The translations under genes were made by a program, and so were the position numbers. A stretch of 64,000 nucleotides of DNA, taken from NCBI GenBank assembly GCA_964583675.1, contig CAZOVH010000003.1, positions 12,167-76,166 on the forward strand, given 5' to 3'. Position 1 is the first letter of the stretch. The number at the start of each line of letters is the position of its first letter. Shown here one piece after another: positions 38,445 to 48,126 of this stretch. The DNA is from an uncultured Candidatus Saccharibacteria bacterium (GTDB lineage Bacteria > Patescibacteriota > Saccharimonadia > CAILAD01 > GCA-016700035). The notes below the pieces were generated by a model, which made no database searches, was not told the origin of the DNA, and saw only the letters and a list, made by a program, of their open reading frames with translations.

Positions 38445-39185
38445 TTAGCTTTGACTCAAAAGCCAGAACGCAACCAAATTGTTTAAAAAGTGCACCAGCA
38501 TGCCTGGATAAATGCTACCCGATCGAACATAGAGCCAACTCAGCAGACAACCTAGAATGAACGTGTAAATACCTACGTTTACCTGGCCATGTAATACTGC
38601 AAACGCCAAAGAAGACACTACTGCCGCAAGCCACACCGGCCATCGCTTAGCAAGCCCCGCAAACAGCACTCCTCGAAACAGCAGCTCCTCAATGATCGGA
38701 GCAATCACTACGGCACTCACAGCAGCCAACCAATATCCCCAACCGCTGCGCCCAAACTCAAAAACAGCTTGCTGCTCCTCGGTGTCGACCGCCGGCAACA
38801 AAACACTCACCAAGGCAAATACACCAATAATTATAACTATCTGCGCAAAATACAGGCCAAAGGCTGCCAGGTACCAACTATCGCTCGCTCGTCTTAAACC
38901 AAGCCCTGCTTTGCCAGCATGACGCTTACGCACGAGCCACAGAAGCACACCAACCTCAATAATAAGTGTCAACGCGTACTGTAACGCCAATGCTATCGGT
39001 GTCTCGCCTAAAATACTTTGCGCCCAACCGGGCAATATGCCAAAACTCCCCCAAAACGAAATACTCAGGTACACCAACATTGGTAATAAAAGAGGAAGAA
39101 ACAGAGCAGCAGCCGCATCTTTAGGTCCGAACGGTACCGTTTTACGCCAAGCTGCGAGCCGAGACGATGCCATACGTAGCTGCAT
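38445..39185 (-). CDS. CPBP-family intramembrane metalloprotease (CAAX protease / Abi family)
   Basis: EExxxR motif (IIEELLFRGVLF) and FxxxH motif (LAFAVLHG) in a multi-TM protein. Confidence 0.75.
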   Translation of the reverse strand: MQLRMASSRLAAWRKTVPFGPKDAAAALFLPLLLPMLVYLSISFWGSFGILPGWAQSILGETPIALALQYALTLIIEVGVLLWLVRKRHAGKAGLGLRRASDSWYLAAFGLYFAQIVIIIGVFALVSVLLPAVDTEEQQAVFEFGRSGWGYWLAAVSAVVIAPIIEELLFRGVLFAGLAKRWPVWLAAVVSSLAFAVLHGQVNVGIYTFILGCLLSWLYVRSGSIYPGMLVHFLNNLVAFWLLSQS

Positions 39186-39194
39186 GATCGCCTT

Positions 39195-40274
39195 CTAGAA
39201 AAATCTCGTTACGTCAGAAATCGCAATAATAATACCGAAGGCAATAAGCGCCACGAAACCCGCTAGATGCACCCAACCCTCTTGCTTTTCACTAATCGGC
39301 AAACCAATTCGCCGCAGTACTAAGAGGAATAGGCGGCCCCCATCTAGAGCCGGCAGCGGCAAAGCGTTGATGACTGCCAGCGAAAGAGAAATAGAGGCAA
39401 TTAGCACCAAGACATAATCAAAACCAAATTTCATCACTTGCCCAAATACCGCCGTCACACCCACTGGGCCGGTGACTGTTTCGGCTACCGTAAAGCGCGA
39501 AACGAGCGTCCAAATCGCCCCCAAAAACGCCCCAACAGTTGCCACCAGCGACTGCCACATCAGCCCAATAGCCGCAAATGGCGCTGCATACCAAGTGTAT
39601 TTCTCCTTAGTTTGCGGCAGTGCCACGACACCTAACACACCTTTTTCTGGATCAGCCCCAAGAGTCACTTCGCGGGTTTTTTCTTCACCACCCTGAAGAA
39701 ATACTACTGTTGCCTTCTGGCCTTTAATTTCGCCTGTATAGCTTTTTAGCTCTGATTCGTTCGCAAACGTCTTCCCATTGAGCGACACTAAGGTATCGCC
39801 GGTACTTAACCCGGCGGCCTCGGCCGCAGACCCCTCACCAACCTGAAAAACCACCAGCTTCGGAGCTTCGGCTTGTATTGGCTGCACGAATCCAACACTC
39901 GGCATCTTAAACGGAAAAATTTGCGGAATCCCCGTGGCGGCCAACCACACAAAAATAATGTAGGCAATCAGAGCATTCATGGCGACACCAGCCATCAGGA
40001 CTTTAGTTTTTACCCAAAGCGACTTCGAGGCAAAACTCTTTGGTCCTTTGGATTCGTTATCTTCACCCTCAAGTCGGACAAACCCACCTAATGGTAAAAG
40101 GTTAATCGTATAAAGTGTGTCGCCCTTCTTTTTACCCCACAGCTTGGGCGGGAAACCAATGCCAAACTCATGCACGCGAATACCGTTACGACGCGCCACA
40201 ATAAAGTGACCCCACTCATGCGCGATAACCAACGCCGAGAAGATGACGAGCACAAGAATAATAATCAGTATCAT
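39195..40274 (-). CDS. rseP: Site-2 protease RseP-like (M50 zinc metalloprotease with PDZ)
   Basis: HEWGH zinc motif in TM1, a PDZ-like central region, and a C-terminal LDGG motif (PLPALDGGRL). Confidence 0.85.
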   Translation of the reverse strand: MILIIILVLVIFSALVIAHEWGHFIVARRNGIRVHEFGIGFPPKLWGKKKGDTLYTINLLPLGGFVRLEGEDNESKGPKSFASKSLWVKTKVLMAGVAMNALIAYIIFVWLAATGIPQIFPFKMPSVGFVQPIQAEAPKLVVFQVGEGSAAEAAGLSTGDTLVSLNGKTFANESELKSYTGEIKGQKATVVFLQGGEEKTREVTLGADPEKGVLGVVALPQTKEKYTWYAAPFAAIGLMWQSLVATVGAFLGAIWTLVSRFTVAETVTGPVGVTAVFGQVMKFGFDYVLVLIASISLSLAVINALPLPALDGGRLFLLVLRRIGLPISEKQEGWVHLAGFVALIAFGIIIAISDVTRFF

Positions 40275-40323
40275 TACTCTCTAGTATAGACGATTTTTGC
40301 TGAGAATAGACTGTAGTTTTGCG

Positions 40324-40881
40324 CTAAACTGTGAGTACTTCTTGCTTTTTGGTTTCAAAAATCTGCTGAGCCTTGCCTTGATACTCGCGGGTCATCTCAT
40401 CGAGAGCTTTTTCGGTCTTAAAGTATTCATCTTCAGGCATTGAGCCTTCTTCTTTACCAGACTTAGCTTTTTTGAGCCCATCATGGCGCGCGTTACGAAG
40501 CGTTACATTCGCAGCTTCAAGCTTTTCAGACAGTCCTTTGACGAGCATCTGGCGACGTTCTTCAGTCATAGCAGGAATTTGCATACGCACCATATTGCCA
40601 TCGGTGGCAGGAGATAGGCCTAGTGAGGAATCATCACGAATCGCCTTCTCTACAGCAGTAACAAGCGCCTGGTCCCATACTTGCACCTGGAGCGTGCGAG
40701 CATCCGGTGTAGAAATAGTACCCACTTGCTTCATAGTCATTTCCTGCCCGTACGCATCTACTTTCACGCCTTCAATTAGGCTCGTGTTTGCACGACCAGC
40801 TTGCACGCCATCCAGCTCAGTCTGGAAATATTCCAAACCTCGCTTCATGGCATCTTCGGTATTCTTCAAAATTTCTTGCAT
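40324..40881 (-). CDS. frr: Ribosome recycling factor
   Basis: 185 aa with a canonical RRF sequence (VRMQIPAMTEERRQMLVK). Confidence 0.9.
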   Translation of the reverse strand: MQEILKNTEDAMKRGLEYFQTELDGVQAGRANTSLIEGVKVDAYGQEMTMKQVGTISTPDARTLQVQVWDQALVTAVEKAIRDDSSLGLSPATDGNMVRMQIPAMTEERRQMLVKGLSEKLEAANVTLRNARHDGLKKAKSGKEEGSMPEDEYFKTEKALDEMTREYQGKAQQIFETKKQEVLTV

Positions 40882-40912
40882 AGTTGTATTGTAGCCTAAA
40901 TGTACGTACTAC

Positions 40913-41503
40913 TTAAGCGCCAAGCTCTAAGCGTACAAAGCGGCGCACCACAATGTTTTCACCTAGCTTGCCAATCGCGGCCTTCACCAGATCTTCGATG
41001 GTCTGCTTGTCATCTTTGTAGTATGACTGCTCCAACAGACAGATTCCGGCCATCCACTTATCAACTTTGCCTTCCACGATTTTTGCAGCGTGTTCAGCTG
41101 GCTTACCAGATTCTTTCACCTCGTCTTCAAAAAACGACTTTTCTTTGGCAATTACGTCTTCCGGAACTTCGTCACGCTTTACGTATTGCGGGTTCATAGC
41201 GGCAATATGCAGGGAAAGTTCCTCGACCAGTTCCTGAAAATCATCAGTTTTTACCACAAAATCAGTTTCGCAGTTTACCTCTACCAACACACCAATACGG
41301 CCACCGTGCACGTAGCTACCAATCATACCGGCACCTGCTATGCGATCAGCCTTTTTATCGGCACTCGCCATACCTTTTACGCGGAGAATTTCCTGAGCTT
41401 TTTCAAGATCACCACCAGCTTCCTCTAAAGCTTCTTTGGCTTTCATCATGCCAGCACCAGTCATTTGGCGCAATTTTTGAATATCAGCTACTGAAATTGT
41501 CAT
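40913..41503 (-). CDS. tsf: Elongation factor Ts (short form)
   Basis: N-terminal UBA-like LRQMTGAGMMKAKEAL motif. It lies downstream of rpsB. Confidence 0.9.
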   Translation of the reverse strand: MTISVADIQKLRQMTGAGMMKAKEALEEAGGDLEKAQEILRVKGMASADKKADRIAGAGMIGSYVHGGRIGVLVEVNCETDFVVKTDDFQELVEELSLHIAAMNPQYVKRDEVPEDVIAKEKSFFEDEVKESGKPAEHAAKIVEGKVDKWMAGICLLEQSYYKDDKQTIEDLVKAAIGKLGENIVVRRFVRLELGA

Positions 41504-41506
41504 AGG

Positions 41507-42265
41507 TTATTTATCCTCCGTGTCTTGTGTGGTTTTTGCATCATACTCGGCCTTACCCTCTGCGGCAGCGCGGGCAATGCGTCCGGCCACAAGCTGAATT
41601 GAGCGAATAGCGTCATCATTTGCAGGAATAATGTAGTCAACCGATTCTGGGTTGGCATTCGTATCGGCCATCGCGATTACTGGAATCTTGAGGGTCTTTG
41701 CTTCTTTAATAGCAGTCTCTTCACGCATCACATCCACAACAAAGATAGCACCAGGAGTGCCTTCAAGCTCTTTTACGCCGAGGAATACCTTTGTGAGCTT
41801 CTCAATCTCGTTATCAATCAAGAGACGTTCTTTTTTGGTCATACGCTCAAGGCTACCGTCTTCACGCGCGGCTTCAAGTTTTTTCAGGTGACGAATTCGC
41901 TTCGAGATAGTTTCCCAGTTAGTCATCATTCCACCAAGCCAGCGGTGGGTAACGTAAGGCATTCCAGCACTTTTGGCGGCTTCAGTAACAATCACCTTAG
42001 CCTGACGCTTTGTTGCAACAAATAATACGGACTTACCCTGAGCAGTCAGTTGACGAACAAACTTCTCGGCTTCTTCTAGAAGATCTTCGGTTTGAATAAG
42101 GTCAATAATATGAACTCCACCCCGAGCACCATGAATATATTGAGCCATCTTTGGATGCCAACGCTCAGTGCGATGACCAAAGTGAGCACCAGACTGTAAA
42201 AGCTCTTTTACAGCGGCGGTTTTATCTGGTTTTGCTGCGGCTGCAGCAGTTTTCTTAGTAGGCAT
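41507..42265 (-). CDS. rpsB: 30S ribosomal protein S2
   Basis: ...LLQSGAHFGHRTERWHPKMAQYI... is the canonical S2 signature. Confidence 0.95.
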   Translation of the reverse strand: MPTKKTAAAAAKPDKTAAVKELLQSGAHFGHRTERWHPKMAQYIHGARGGVHIIDLIQTEDLLEEAEKFVRQLTAQGKSVLFVATKRQAKVIVTEAAKSAGMPYVTHRWLGGMMTNWETISKRIRHLKKLEAAREDGSLERMTKKERLLIDNEIEKLTKVFLGVKELEGTPGAIFVVDVMREETAIKEAKTLKIPVIAMADTNANPESVDYIIPANDDAIRSIQLVAGRIARAAAEGKAEYDAKTTQDTEDK

Positions 42266-42401
42266 ACTTCCTTCTTTCGTAGGCAGCTTCGTCCCGAGCG
42301 GGAGGAAGATGAATGACTTTAAAATAAGCTCATTCGTGAAGCTGCTGTAACATTAATAACTTAGCCCGCTTACTTTACCCGATTTCCAGATAAGAGTCAA
42401 G

Positions 42402-42857
42402 TTAGCGTAAGAGGTCCTCTTGCTGTTGTGGGGTGAGGCTGTCCTGAGGCTGCAATGCGTCAGAGGCCGAATTATCAGATCCATTCACTCCGGCACCATT
42501 TTGTACTGGCGCTCCACCAGATTGAAGTTGTTCTGGATTCGCCGAACCTTCCAGTGGAATTGCAGATGTTGGCCGCGGTGTCTCACTAGGAGCAGCTGGG
42601 GCACTCAAGGTACTCCAGATAGCGATTATCGCCGCAACTATCACGACTCCACCTAAAGCAATAAGGATAATTATTCGAAAATCTGTCCGTTTTTCAGGTT
42701 GCGAGAGCGTTTCTGTAGGTGCAAATACGTCAGCTTCAACCGCTTCAACTACCTGCTCATCCGTTCCTGCAGCAACCACAAGCTTTTTTTGCTGTCGCTT
42801 CTGGGCTTTTTTCTGAGAATTACGCCGTTTTTTCGCTTTCGCCATCTGTAAAACCAC
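42402..42857 (-). CDS. Hypothetical single-TM protein with a Lys/Arg-rich N-terminus
   Basis: KAKKRRNSQKKAQKRQQKK followed by a TM helix and a Pro/Ser-rich tail. Confidence 0.45.
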   Translation of the reverse strand: MVLQMAKAKKRRNSQKKAQKRQQKKLVVAAGTDEQVVEAVEADVFAPTETLSQPEKRTDFRIIILIALGGVVIVAAIIAIWSTLSAPAAPSETPRPTSAIPLEGSANPEQLQSGGAPVQNGAGVNGSDNSASDALQPQDSLTPQQQEDLLR

Positions 42858-42910
42858 CTTCTCTATCTGTTACTTCTTCTAGTATACCTAAAAAAGTCAC
42901 AAAAAAAGCC

Positions 42911-42939
42911 TTGACAAACCGCTTGTGATTTAGTATCAT
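42911..42939 (+). promoter_or_regulatory. Near-consensus sigma-70-type promoter for the Rpf-like gene
   Basis: TTGACA, a 17-nt spacer, then TATCAT. Confidence 0.5.
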
Positions 42940-42945
42940 AGGCGA

Positions 42946-43107
42946 CGTTCCTAGAACAACGCGACTCACCCACTCGGTAGAGTCGTATTTAGTTCCAGGA
43001 GGCTTGACGCCCCTAAAACGTACGATGTTGTCCCGTTCGACACCATACGTACAGGTGTGAAGCGGAGGGTGGAGAGGAGTAGTTCTTCTCGGGTTTCCGA
43101 GAGGCCT
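42946..43107 (+). promoter_or_regulatory. Long (about 160 nt) structured 5' leader; candidate riboswitch or attenuator (class unresolved)
   Basis: Several complementary segments: CGACTC/GAGTCG, GTACG/CGTAC, and the G-rich GGAGGGTGGAGAGGAG. c-di-AMP riboswitches commonly precede Rpf-type genes, but I could not confirm the class motifs. Confidence 0.25.
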
Positions 43108-43665
43108 ATGAGTATCTACACACATATTATGACGTCTATCGTCTTAGTATTCGCTCAGGTGGCATCATATGCAGTGCAACTTCCCGCCACCGCCCAGCTC
43201 ACGCAAACCGCGCAAGCTGGCAGCACAAGCACCCACACAATCCAACTCACCACTAACACGTATCAGCCCCTCGTGGTTGCCTCGGTTACACCAAGCTTCG
43301 ATGAAGCGGTTGTAAGCCCGTTGCGTGCCGCTCAGGCAGCTGAAGAAGCGAGTCAGAAGGCTGCACAGAAGGCTAAAACGGTAGTCCGTAAGGTTACCCA
43401 AAAAGCCGCTCCACTGGTTATCGGTGGATCTGATGCCTTCGCTCAGCTCCGCTTCTGTGAAGCCGGTGGTGATTACACCAAAAACACTGGTAACGGTTAC
43501 TACGGTGCCTACCAGTACAACATTGGTACTTGGGCAAACTTTGGTGGTTTCGCGCGGCCTGACCTCGCTCCACCAGAAGTTCAAGATGCCAAGGCTCGTG
43601 AAACTCAAGCCCGTCGTGGTTGGAGTCCATGGCCATCATGTGCCCGTAAGCTTGGCTTGATGTAA
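43057..43665 (+). CDS. Secreted Rpf-like transglycosylase-domain protein (resuscitation-promoting-factor type lysozyme-like domain)
   Basis: The C-terminus RFCEAGGDYTKNTGNGYYGAYQYNIGTW...RRGWSPWPSCARKLGL matches the Rpf/transglycosylase-like signature (catalytic Glu, the conserved Cys pair). The start may be the ATG at 43108 or 43126 rather than the GTG at 43057. Confidence 0.7.
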   Translation: MKRRVERSSSSRVSERPMSIYTHIMTSIVLVFAQVASYAVQLPATAQLTQTAQAGSTSTHTIQLTTNTYQPLVVASVTPSFDEAVVSPLRAAQAAEEASQKAAQKAKTVVRKVTQKAAPLVIGGSDAFAQLRFCEAGGDYTKNTGNGYYGAYQYNIGTWANFGGFARPDLAPPEVQDAKARETQARRGWSPWPSCARKLGLM

Positions 43666-43692
43666 ATCAGCTTTGCCAAAAGGCCAAAAGCA

Positions 43693-43720
43693 AAACCCCC
43701 GTTCGTAAGAGCGGGGGTTT
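43693..43720. terminator. Bidirectional terminator between the rpf-like gene and the pentapeptide-repeat gene
   Basis: The sequence aaaCCCCCGttcgtaagagCGGGGGttt. Confidence 0.7.
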
Positions 43721-43725
43721 GTGGT

Positions 43726-44175
43726 TTAGGCCTCAATCTCGATGTCTTTTTCATGCAGTAATGTTGGTAACAGACCAATTGCCTGTTCATGTGTAAGCGT
43801 ATGGCCCGCCAATAGCTCCAAGCCCGCTACCACACCAATTTTCGTGCCATCAAGGACTAATTTCTTCACGCCTGTCCGGCAATCGGTAAAGTTCACTTCT
43901 TGCCACTCGCAGTTAAGAAACTGACAGGAAAGAAACTCTGAGCCACTAAAATCTACCTTATCTAAGATACAATTCTTAAAAATGACATGACGAAATTTGC
44001 TAGCTCGCCAATTTACAGCTGAAAATTTGCAATCTATATATTCCGAATCGGTCACATGCGTTTCGTACATCTGCACGGCGGCATACCTACAATCGACGAT
44101 TTTTTGCTGGATCCAGCCAGTTCGTACAAATTTTTCATCAATAAACTGCTTACCACGGGTAGTCTTCATATTCAT
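43726..44175 (-). CDS. Pentapeptide-repeat protein
   Basis: Tandem A(D/N)LxF-type pentapeptides, for example FKNCILDKVDFSGSEFLSCQFLNCEWQEVNFTDC. Confidence 0.75.
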   Translation of the reverse strand: MNMKTTRGKQFIDEKFVRTGWIQQKIVDCRYAAVQMYETHVTDSEYIDCKFSAVNWRASKFRHVIFKNCILDKVDFSGSEFLSCQFLNCEWQEVNFTDCRTGVKKLVLDGTKIGVVAGLELLAGHTLTHEQAIGLLPTLLHEKDIEIEA

Positions 44176-44248
44176 ATCTTACTCCAAAGCCCATGATAAG
44201 AAACAAATTCTTGACCCAAGTCGTCAAACCTGGTAAGATACTGGGGTT

Positions 44249-44611
44249 ATGAAAGCCAATATCCATCCAGATTGGGTCGAAACCAAGGTCACTTGCCTCG
44301 GTTGCGACACTACTTTTACCAGCCACTCTACCGTGCCAGAAATCACCGTAGAAATTTGCTCAAACTGCCACCCGTTTTATACCGGTAAGCAGAAGCTTGT
44401 GGACACTGCTGGACGTGTTGATCGCTTCGAAGCATTACGCAAGAAGAGCGGTGAATTGAAGCAGACTGCAAAACCAAAGAAGACCACTAAAAAGGTCGAG
44501 AAGGTTGCGGAAGCCCCTAAGGACGCAAAAGCTGCCTTAAAAGAAATCAAGGCTGAACTTAAAGACCATACGGTAGACGCCAAACCAGAAGCTAAAACCG
44601 AAAGCGAATAA
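44249..44611 (+). CDS. rpmE: 50S ribosomal protein L31 (zinc-ribbon type) with a Lys-rich C-terminal extension
   Basis: MKANIHPDW...CLGCDTTF...[13 protein letters not shown] has both CxxC pairs. Confidence 0.85.
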   Translation: MKANIHPDWVETKVTCLGCDTTFTSHSTVPEITVEICSNCHPFYTGKQKLVDTAGRVDRFEALRKKSGELKQTAKPKKTTKKVEKVAEAPKDAKAALKEIKAELKDHTVDAKPEAKTESE

Positions 44612-44687
44612 CTCGCTCTAGCACCATGAAAGACGCCCTATAGCTGGGCGTCTTTCTGCTGTAAAATAGGAAATAGTTGTAAAAACC

Positions 44688-45749
44688 ATGATTGATCAAG
44701 CCTCCATCGATAAACTCACCGCTCGCCTCGCCGAACTCGAAGCTGAATTGGCGCGCCCAGAAATCTACGCCAGTCCAAAAGCGGCGGGCCTGGTACACGA
44801 ACAGCGCGATCTGCAGACTCGCCTGGAACTCTTTCAGGATGTGCAAAAAACCGAGACCGACCTAGAAGACGCTAAGGCCCTCGCAAATGATCCTGAAATG
44901 GGTGAATTGGCTCGCGCTGAGATTCCTGAGCTTGAAGCCAAACTTGAAGGCTTACAAGATAAAGTTCGTGCCGCCTTGGTTCCGATTGATCCCAATGATA
45001 ATAAAACTGCCATCATTGAAATTCGCGCTGGTGCCGGTGGTGACGAAAGTTCGCTATTTGCTGGCGAGCTAGCCCGCATGTATGCCCGCTTTGCAGAAGC
45101 CCACGGCCTAAAACTCACAATGCTCTCAGAAAGCCCTAACGAAGTTGGTGGGTATAAGGAAGTAATCATTGAAGCGTCCGGGCCAGAAGCTTATGGTCAG
45201 CTCAAATACGAATCTGGCGTACACCGCGTGCAGCGCGTGCCCGCTACCGAAAGCCAAGGTCGCACCCACACCTCAACCGTAACTGTAGCTGTTTTGCCAG
45301 AAGCCGAAGAAACCGAGCTGGAAATTGCCGACAACGAAGTCCGCATCGATGTTTATCGCTCATCTGGTAACGGCGGCCAAAGCGTAAACACTACCGACTC
45401 AGCGGTGCGCCTTACTCACTTACCAACCGGCATTGTGGTTACCTGTCAGGACGAGAAGAGTCAGATAAAAAACCGCGCCAAAGCTATGAACGTGTTGCGT
45501 TCGCGACTCTTAGCACTGGAAGAAGAAAAACGACGTAAAGAACTAGGTGATGCTCGCCTCTCGCAAATTGGCACCGGTGATCGCTCCGAAAAAATCCGCA
45601 CGTATAACTTTCCGCAGGATCGTATCACTGATCACCGCATTGGCTTTACAACCCATGGACTTGCCCGGTTTATGGATGGCGCGCTCGATGAGCACCACGA
45701 AGCCCTCAAGCAAGCCGACATCGATCACGCCCTCGCCGAACAATCATGA
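44688..45749 (+). CDS. prfA: Peptide chain release factor 1
   Basis: PAT (PxT) codon-recognition tripeptide and the GGQ motif ([20 protein letters not shown]). Confidence 0.9.
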   Translation: MIDQASIDKLTARLAELEAELARPEIYASPKAAGLVHEQRDLQTRLELFQDVQKTETDLEDAKALANDPEMGELARAEIPELEAKLEGLQDKVRAALVPIDPNDNKTAIIEIRAGAGGDESSLFAGELARMYARFAEAHGLKLTMLSESPNEVGGYKEVIIEASGPEAYGQLKYESGVHRVQRVPATESQGRTHTSTVTVAVLPEAEETELEIADNEVRIDVYRSSGNGGQSVNTTDSAVRLTHLPTGIVVTCQDEKSQIKNRAKAMNVLRSRLLALEEEKRRKELGDARLSQIGTGDRSEKIRTYNFPQDRITDHRIGFTTHGLARFMDGALDEHHEALKQADIDHALAEQS

Positions 45750-46558
45750 TTATTCGAGTTTTTCTCAAGACCGCCATTGCTACGCTCAAGACCGCCGAAA
45801 TTGAGGGCGCCCAAACGGATGCCGAGATTATCCTGGCTTATGTACTGGGTAGAGACCGAGCCTGGCTCTTGGCGCACGACGATGCCGAACTGGATAGCGA
45901 GCAAGTGAAAGCTGCAAACACACTGCTGGAACGCCGCGCTAAGCGTATTCCGATGAGCTACGTTTTAGGCGTGCGTGAGTTTGCCGGACTAGAGTTTAAG
46001 ATAGACGACCGAGCACTAACGCCACGCGTGGAGACAGAAACTATCGTCGCGGAAGTTACCAGGCGTGCGCCACAAGGAGTGCGTGTGCTAGATATCGGCA
46101 CTGGTTCTGGGGCAATGGCGATTGCGCTCAAACATTTACGGCCAGACCTGCATGTTATGGCCAGCGAAGTAAGCTCCGATGCGCTCGAATTAGCCTGCGA
46201 GAATGCTCAAAACTTACTCAAATCAGACAAAGACATAGGGTTCGTTTTATCGGACCTATTCGAAAATATCGATGGCACGTTCGATGTGATTGTCGCGAAT
46301 TTGCCGTATGTGACCCGCGAGATGGAGCTGATGCCTGAAGTGCAAAACGAACCGGACGTGGCACTATTTGGCGGTGCGGTCGATGGGCTTGATTTGTATC
46401 GAAAGTTTTTTACTCAATTACCAAACCACATCAACGACGCGTCCCAAGTTTGGACCGAATCTGACCCTTGGCAGCAAGACGACCTCATTAAGCTCGCGGA
46501 GGAATCCGGGCTGCGCAAGATCTATCAAGACTATTTTATCCTTGGCTTCGAGAGATAA
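45746..46558 (+). CDS. prmC: Release factor glutamine N5-methyltransferase PrmC/HemK
   Basis: Overlaps the prfA stop. SAM motif DIGTGSGA and a VANLPY (NPPY-type) catalytic motif. Confidence 0.85.
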   Translation: MIIRVFLKTAIATLKTAEIEGAQTDAEIILAYVLGRDRAWLLAHDDAELDSEQVKAANTLLERRAKRIPMSYVLGVREFAGLEFKIDDRALTPRVETETIVAEVTRRAPQGVRVLDIGTGSGAMAIALKHLRPDLHVMASEVSSDALELACENAQNLLKSDKDIGFVLSDLFENIDGTFDVIVANLPYVTREMELMPEVQNEPDVALFGGAVDGLDLYRKFFTQLPNHINDASQVWTESDPWQQDDLIKLAEESGLRKIYQDYFILGFER

Positions 46559-46570
46559 TCACCATAAGCA

Positions 46571-46599
46571 TTGACTTTTCTAGATATTTATGCTATTAT
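46571..46599 (+). promoter_or_regulatory. Near-consensus sigma-70-type promoter with no protein gene downstream on this strand
   Basis: TTGACT, a 17-nt spacer, then TATTAT. The next 250 nt contain no credible ORF and end in a strong terminator. Confidence 0.5.
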
Positions 46600-46605
46600 A
46601 GCTAG

Positions 46606-46844
46606 CATAATCTTTCGTTAGATTAGCACCTTCTAAACACCTCTTTATCTCTTCCCTCTTGATAGCTCACAAAGAAATCAGGCTCGAGACAACCGTAAGT
46701 ATTCCGTTTAGTTGCGCTTACTGTTTGGATCCCGATTTTGAATATGGATTGAGGAAAGGACATCGCGGTACAACTGCCACATAAATCGCAAAAACACCCA
46801 TCTAGTGCCCTGGCTTGCCAGAGAGTTCGACGGGTGTTTTGTTT
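46606..46844 (+). ncRNA. Candidate small non-coding RNA (about 240 nt) bounded by a consensus promoter and a rho-independent terminator; family unknown
   Basis: Promoter at 46571-46599. Terminator aaaACACCCatctagtgccCTGGCttgCCAGagagttcgacGGGTGTtttgttt at 46790-46844. No ORF longer than 40 codons with an RBS lies between them. Confidence 0.3.
46790..46844. terminator. Bidirectional terminator (compound hairpin) shared by the candidate sRNA and the convergent htrA gene
   Basis: Outer stem ACACCC/GGGTGT enclosing an inner stem CTGGC/GCCAG, with A and T runs on either side. Confidence 0.6.
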
Positions 46845-46852
46845 AGATAATT

Positions 46853-48067
46853 CTATTCAGTAGTTTGTGGCGCTTCTTCTAACTTTACATCCACGGTCTG
46901 CTCTTTGCCGTCGCGCCAATATGTTACTTTGACAGTATCACCAGGGCTAAAGCCGACCACAACGCTCTGCAGCGGATTATCACGCGTAATCTCTTTATCG
47001 TTCAACTTGGTGATGATATCGCCTTCTTTCAGGCCTGCCTTAGCAGCTGGAGATCCAGAAATTACTGCAATAGTTTGCTCATCCCCACGCAACAGCGCAC
47101 CCTGCTTCACTGGCAAATTATTACGCTCGGCAAAACTATCAGTCAACATCACGTAGCGCACGCCAATATATGGGCGTACTATTACTCCGCGGGTCTTTAC
47201 AGAATCCAGCGCACCTTTTACCTGATTGATTGGAATGGCAAACCCAATGTTCTGCGCATTCTCACCACTCGCTACAGCCGTGTTAATACCAATTACTTGA
47301 CCGTCAATATTCAGGAGCGGCCCACCAGAGTTGCCTGGGTTAATGGCTGCATCGGTCTGAAACAAGTTGGTGAGAGTCTCAGTATTGCCCTGCCCATCGG
47401 CAGCCTGTACTGGGCGTTGCTTGCCGGAAATTACACCAGTTGTAACCGTATTGCTGTACTCACCCAGAGCATTACCAATAGCGATCGCGCGCTGACCTAC
47501 CTCCACCTTATCGGAATCACCTAGATCGGCCGCTGGAAGTCCACTGGCTTCCACCTTTACGAAAGCGATGTCGTTTGACGAATCAAGCGCCAATATCTTC
47601 CCCTCAAACTGCTTACCTTCCGTATTTGTTACCGTCACCGTACTAGCCCCCTGCACCACATGCTTATTCGTAAGAATCAGGCCATCAGAACTTACAATCA
47701 CCCCCGTACCCGCACCTTGCTGCTGCTGAGCCCCAAAAAAGCTCTGCACCGTGGTTGAGGTATTAATTGAAACGACGCTTGGTCCAACCTTTTTGACTAA
47801 ATCAATGGTTGCTGAGTTTTCCTGCAATGTTACTTGCTTGGATTGCTCGATAGCACTTTGCTGCCCGGCTGGCATGAAGCGTACAAATAACGCTGCGCCT
47901 AGTACGCCGGCAACAAACGCCAGCAGTACGGTTATTCCCCAGCCTGGTCCTCCACTCGACTTGGCTGCAGGTTTTTTTGTAGCGCCAAAATTAATCGGTG
48001 GCGCCGATGATACGCTGCTCACATTACTCGTTTTTTCTTTTTTGACTGGTTTCGATTCTTCTTGCAT
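46853..48067 (-). CDS. htrA: HtrA/DegP-family serine protease with C-terminal PDZ domain
   Basis: N-terminal TM and a trypsin-like catalytic triad including GNSGGPLLN, followed by a PDZ segment. Confidence 0.85.
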   Translation of the reverse strand: MQEESKPVKKEKTSNVSSVSSAPPINFGATKKPAAKSSGGPGWGITVLLAFVAGVLGAALFVRFMPAGQQSAIEQSKQVTLQENSATIDLVKKVGPSVVSINTSTTVQSFFGAQQQQGAGTGVIVSSDGLILTNKHVVQGASTVTVTNTEGKQFEGKILALDSSNDIAFVKVEASGLPAADLGDSDKVEVGQRAIAIGNALGEYSNTVTTGVISGKQRPVQAADGQGNTETLTNLFQTDAAINPGNSGGPLLNIDGQVIGINTAVASGENAQNIGFAIPINQVKGALDSVKTRGVIVRPYIGVRYVMLTDSFAERNNLPVKQGALLRGDEQTIAVISGSPAAKAGLKEGDIITKLNDKEITRDNPLQSVVVGFSPGDTVKVTYWRDGKEQTVDVKLEEAPQTTE

Positions 48068-48126
48068 TCACGCCTCCGTATCTATATATGCCATCACAAA
48101 CTGAGAGTCAGCTTAAAAGGCTTGCA

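Noticed and set aside
42946-43107. Confident call of a c-di-AMP (ydaO) riboswitch upstream of the rpf-like gene
   Set aside because: I could not find the conserved ydaO core nucleotides by eye. It is kept only as a structured-leader hypothesis in the findings.
46606-46844. Assignment of the candidate sRNA to tmRNA, SRP RNA, RNase P RNA or tRNA
   Set aside because: There is no tRNA-like acceptor or T-arm with CCA. There is no GGAAGCAGCC-type SRP domain IV motif. It is too short for RNase P and lacks the AGGAAAGUCCGGGC core. It is left as an unclassified candidate.
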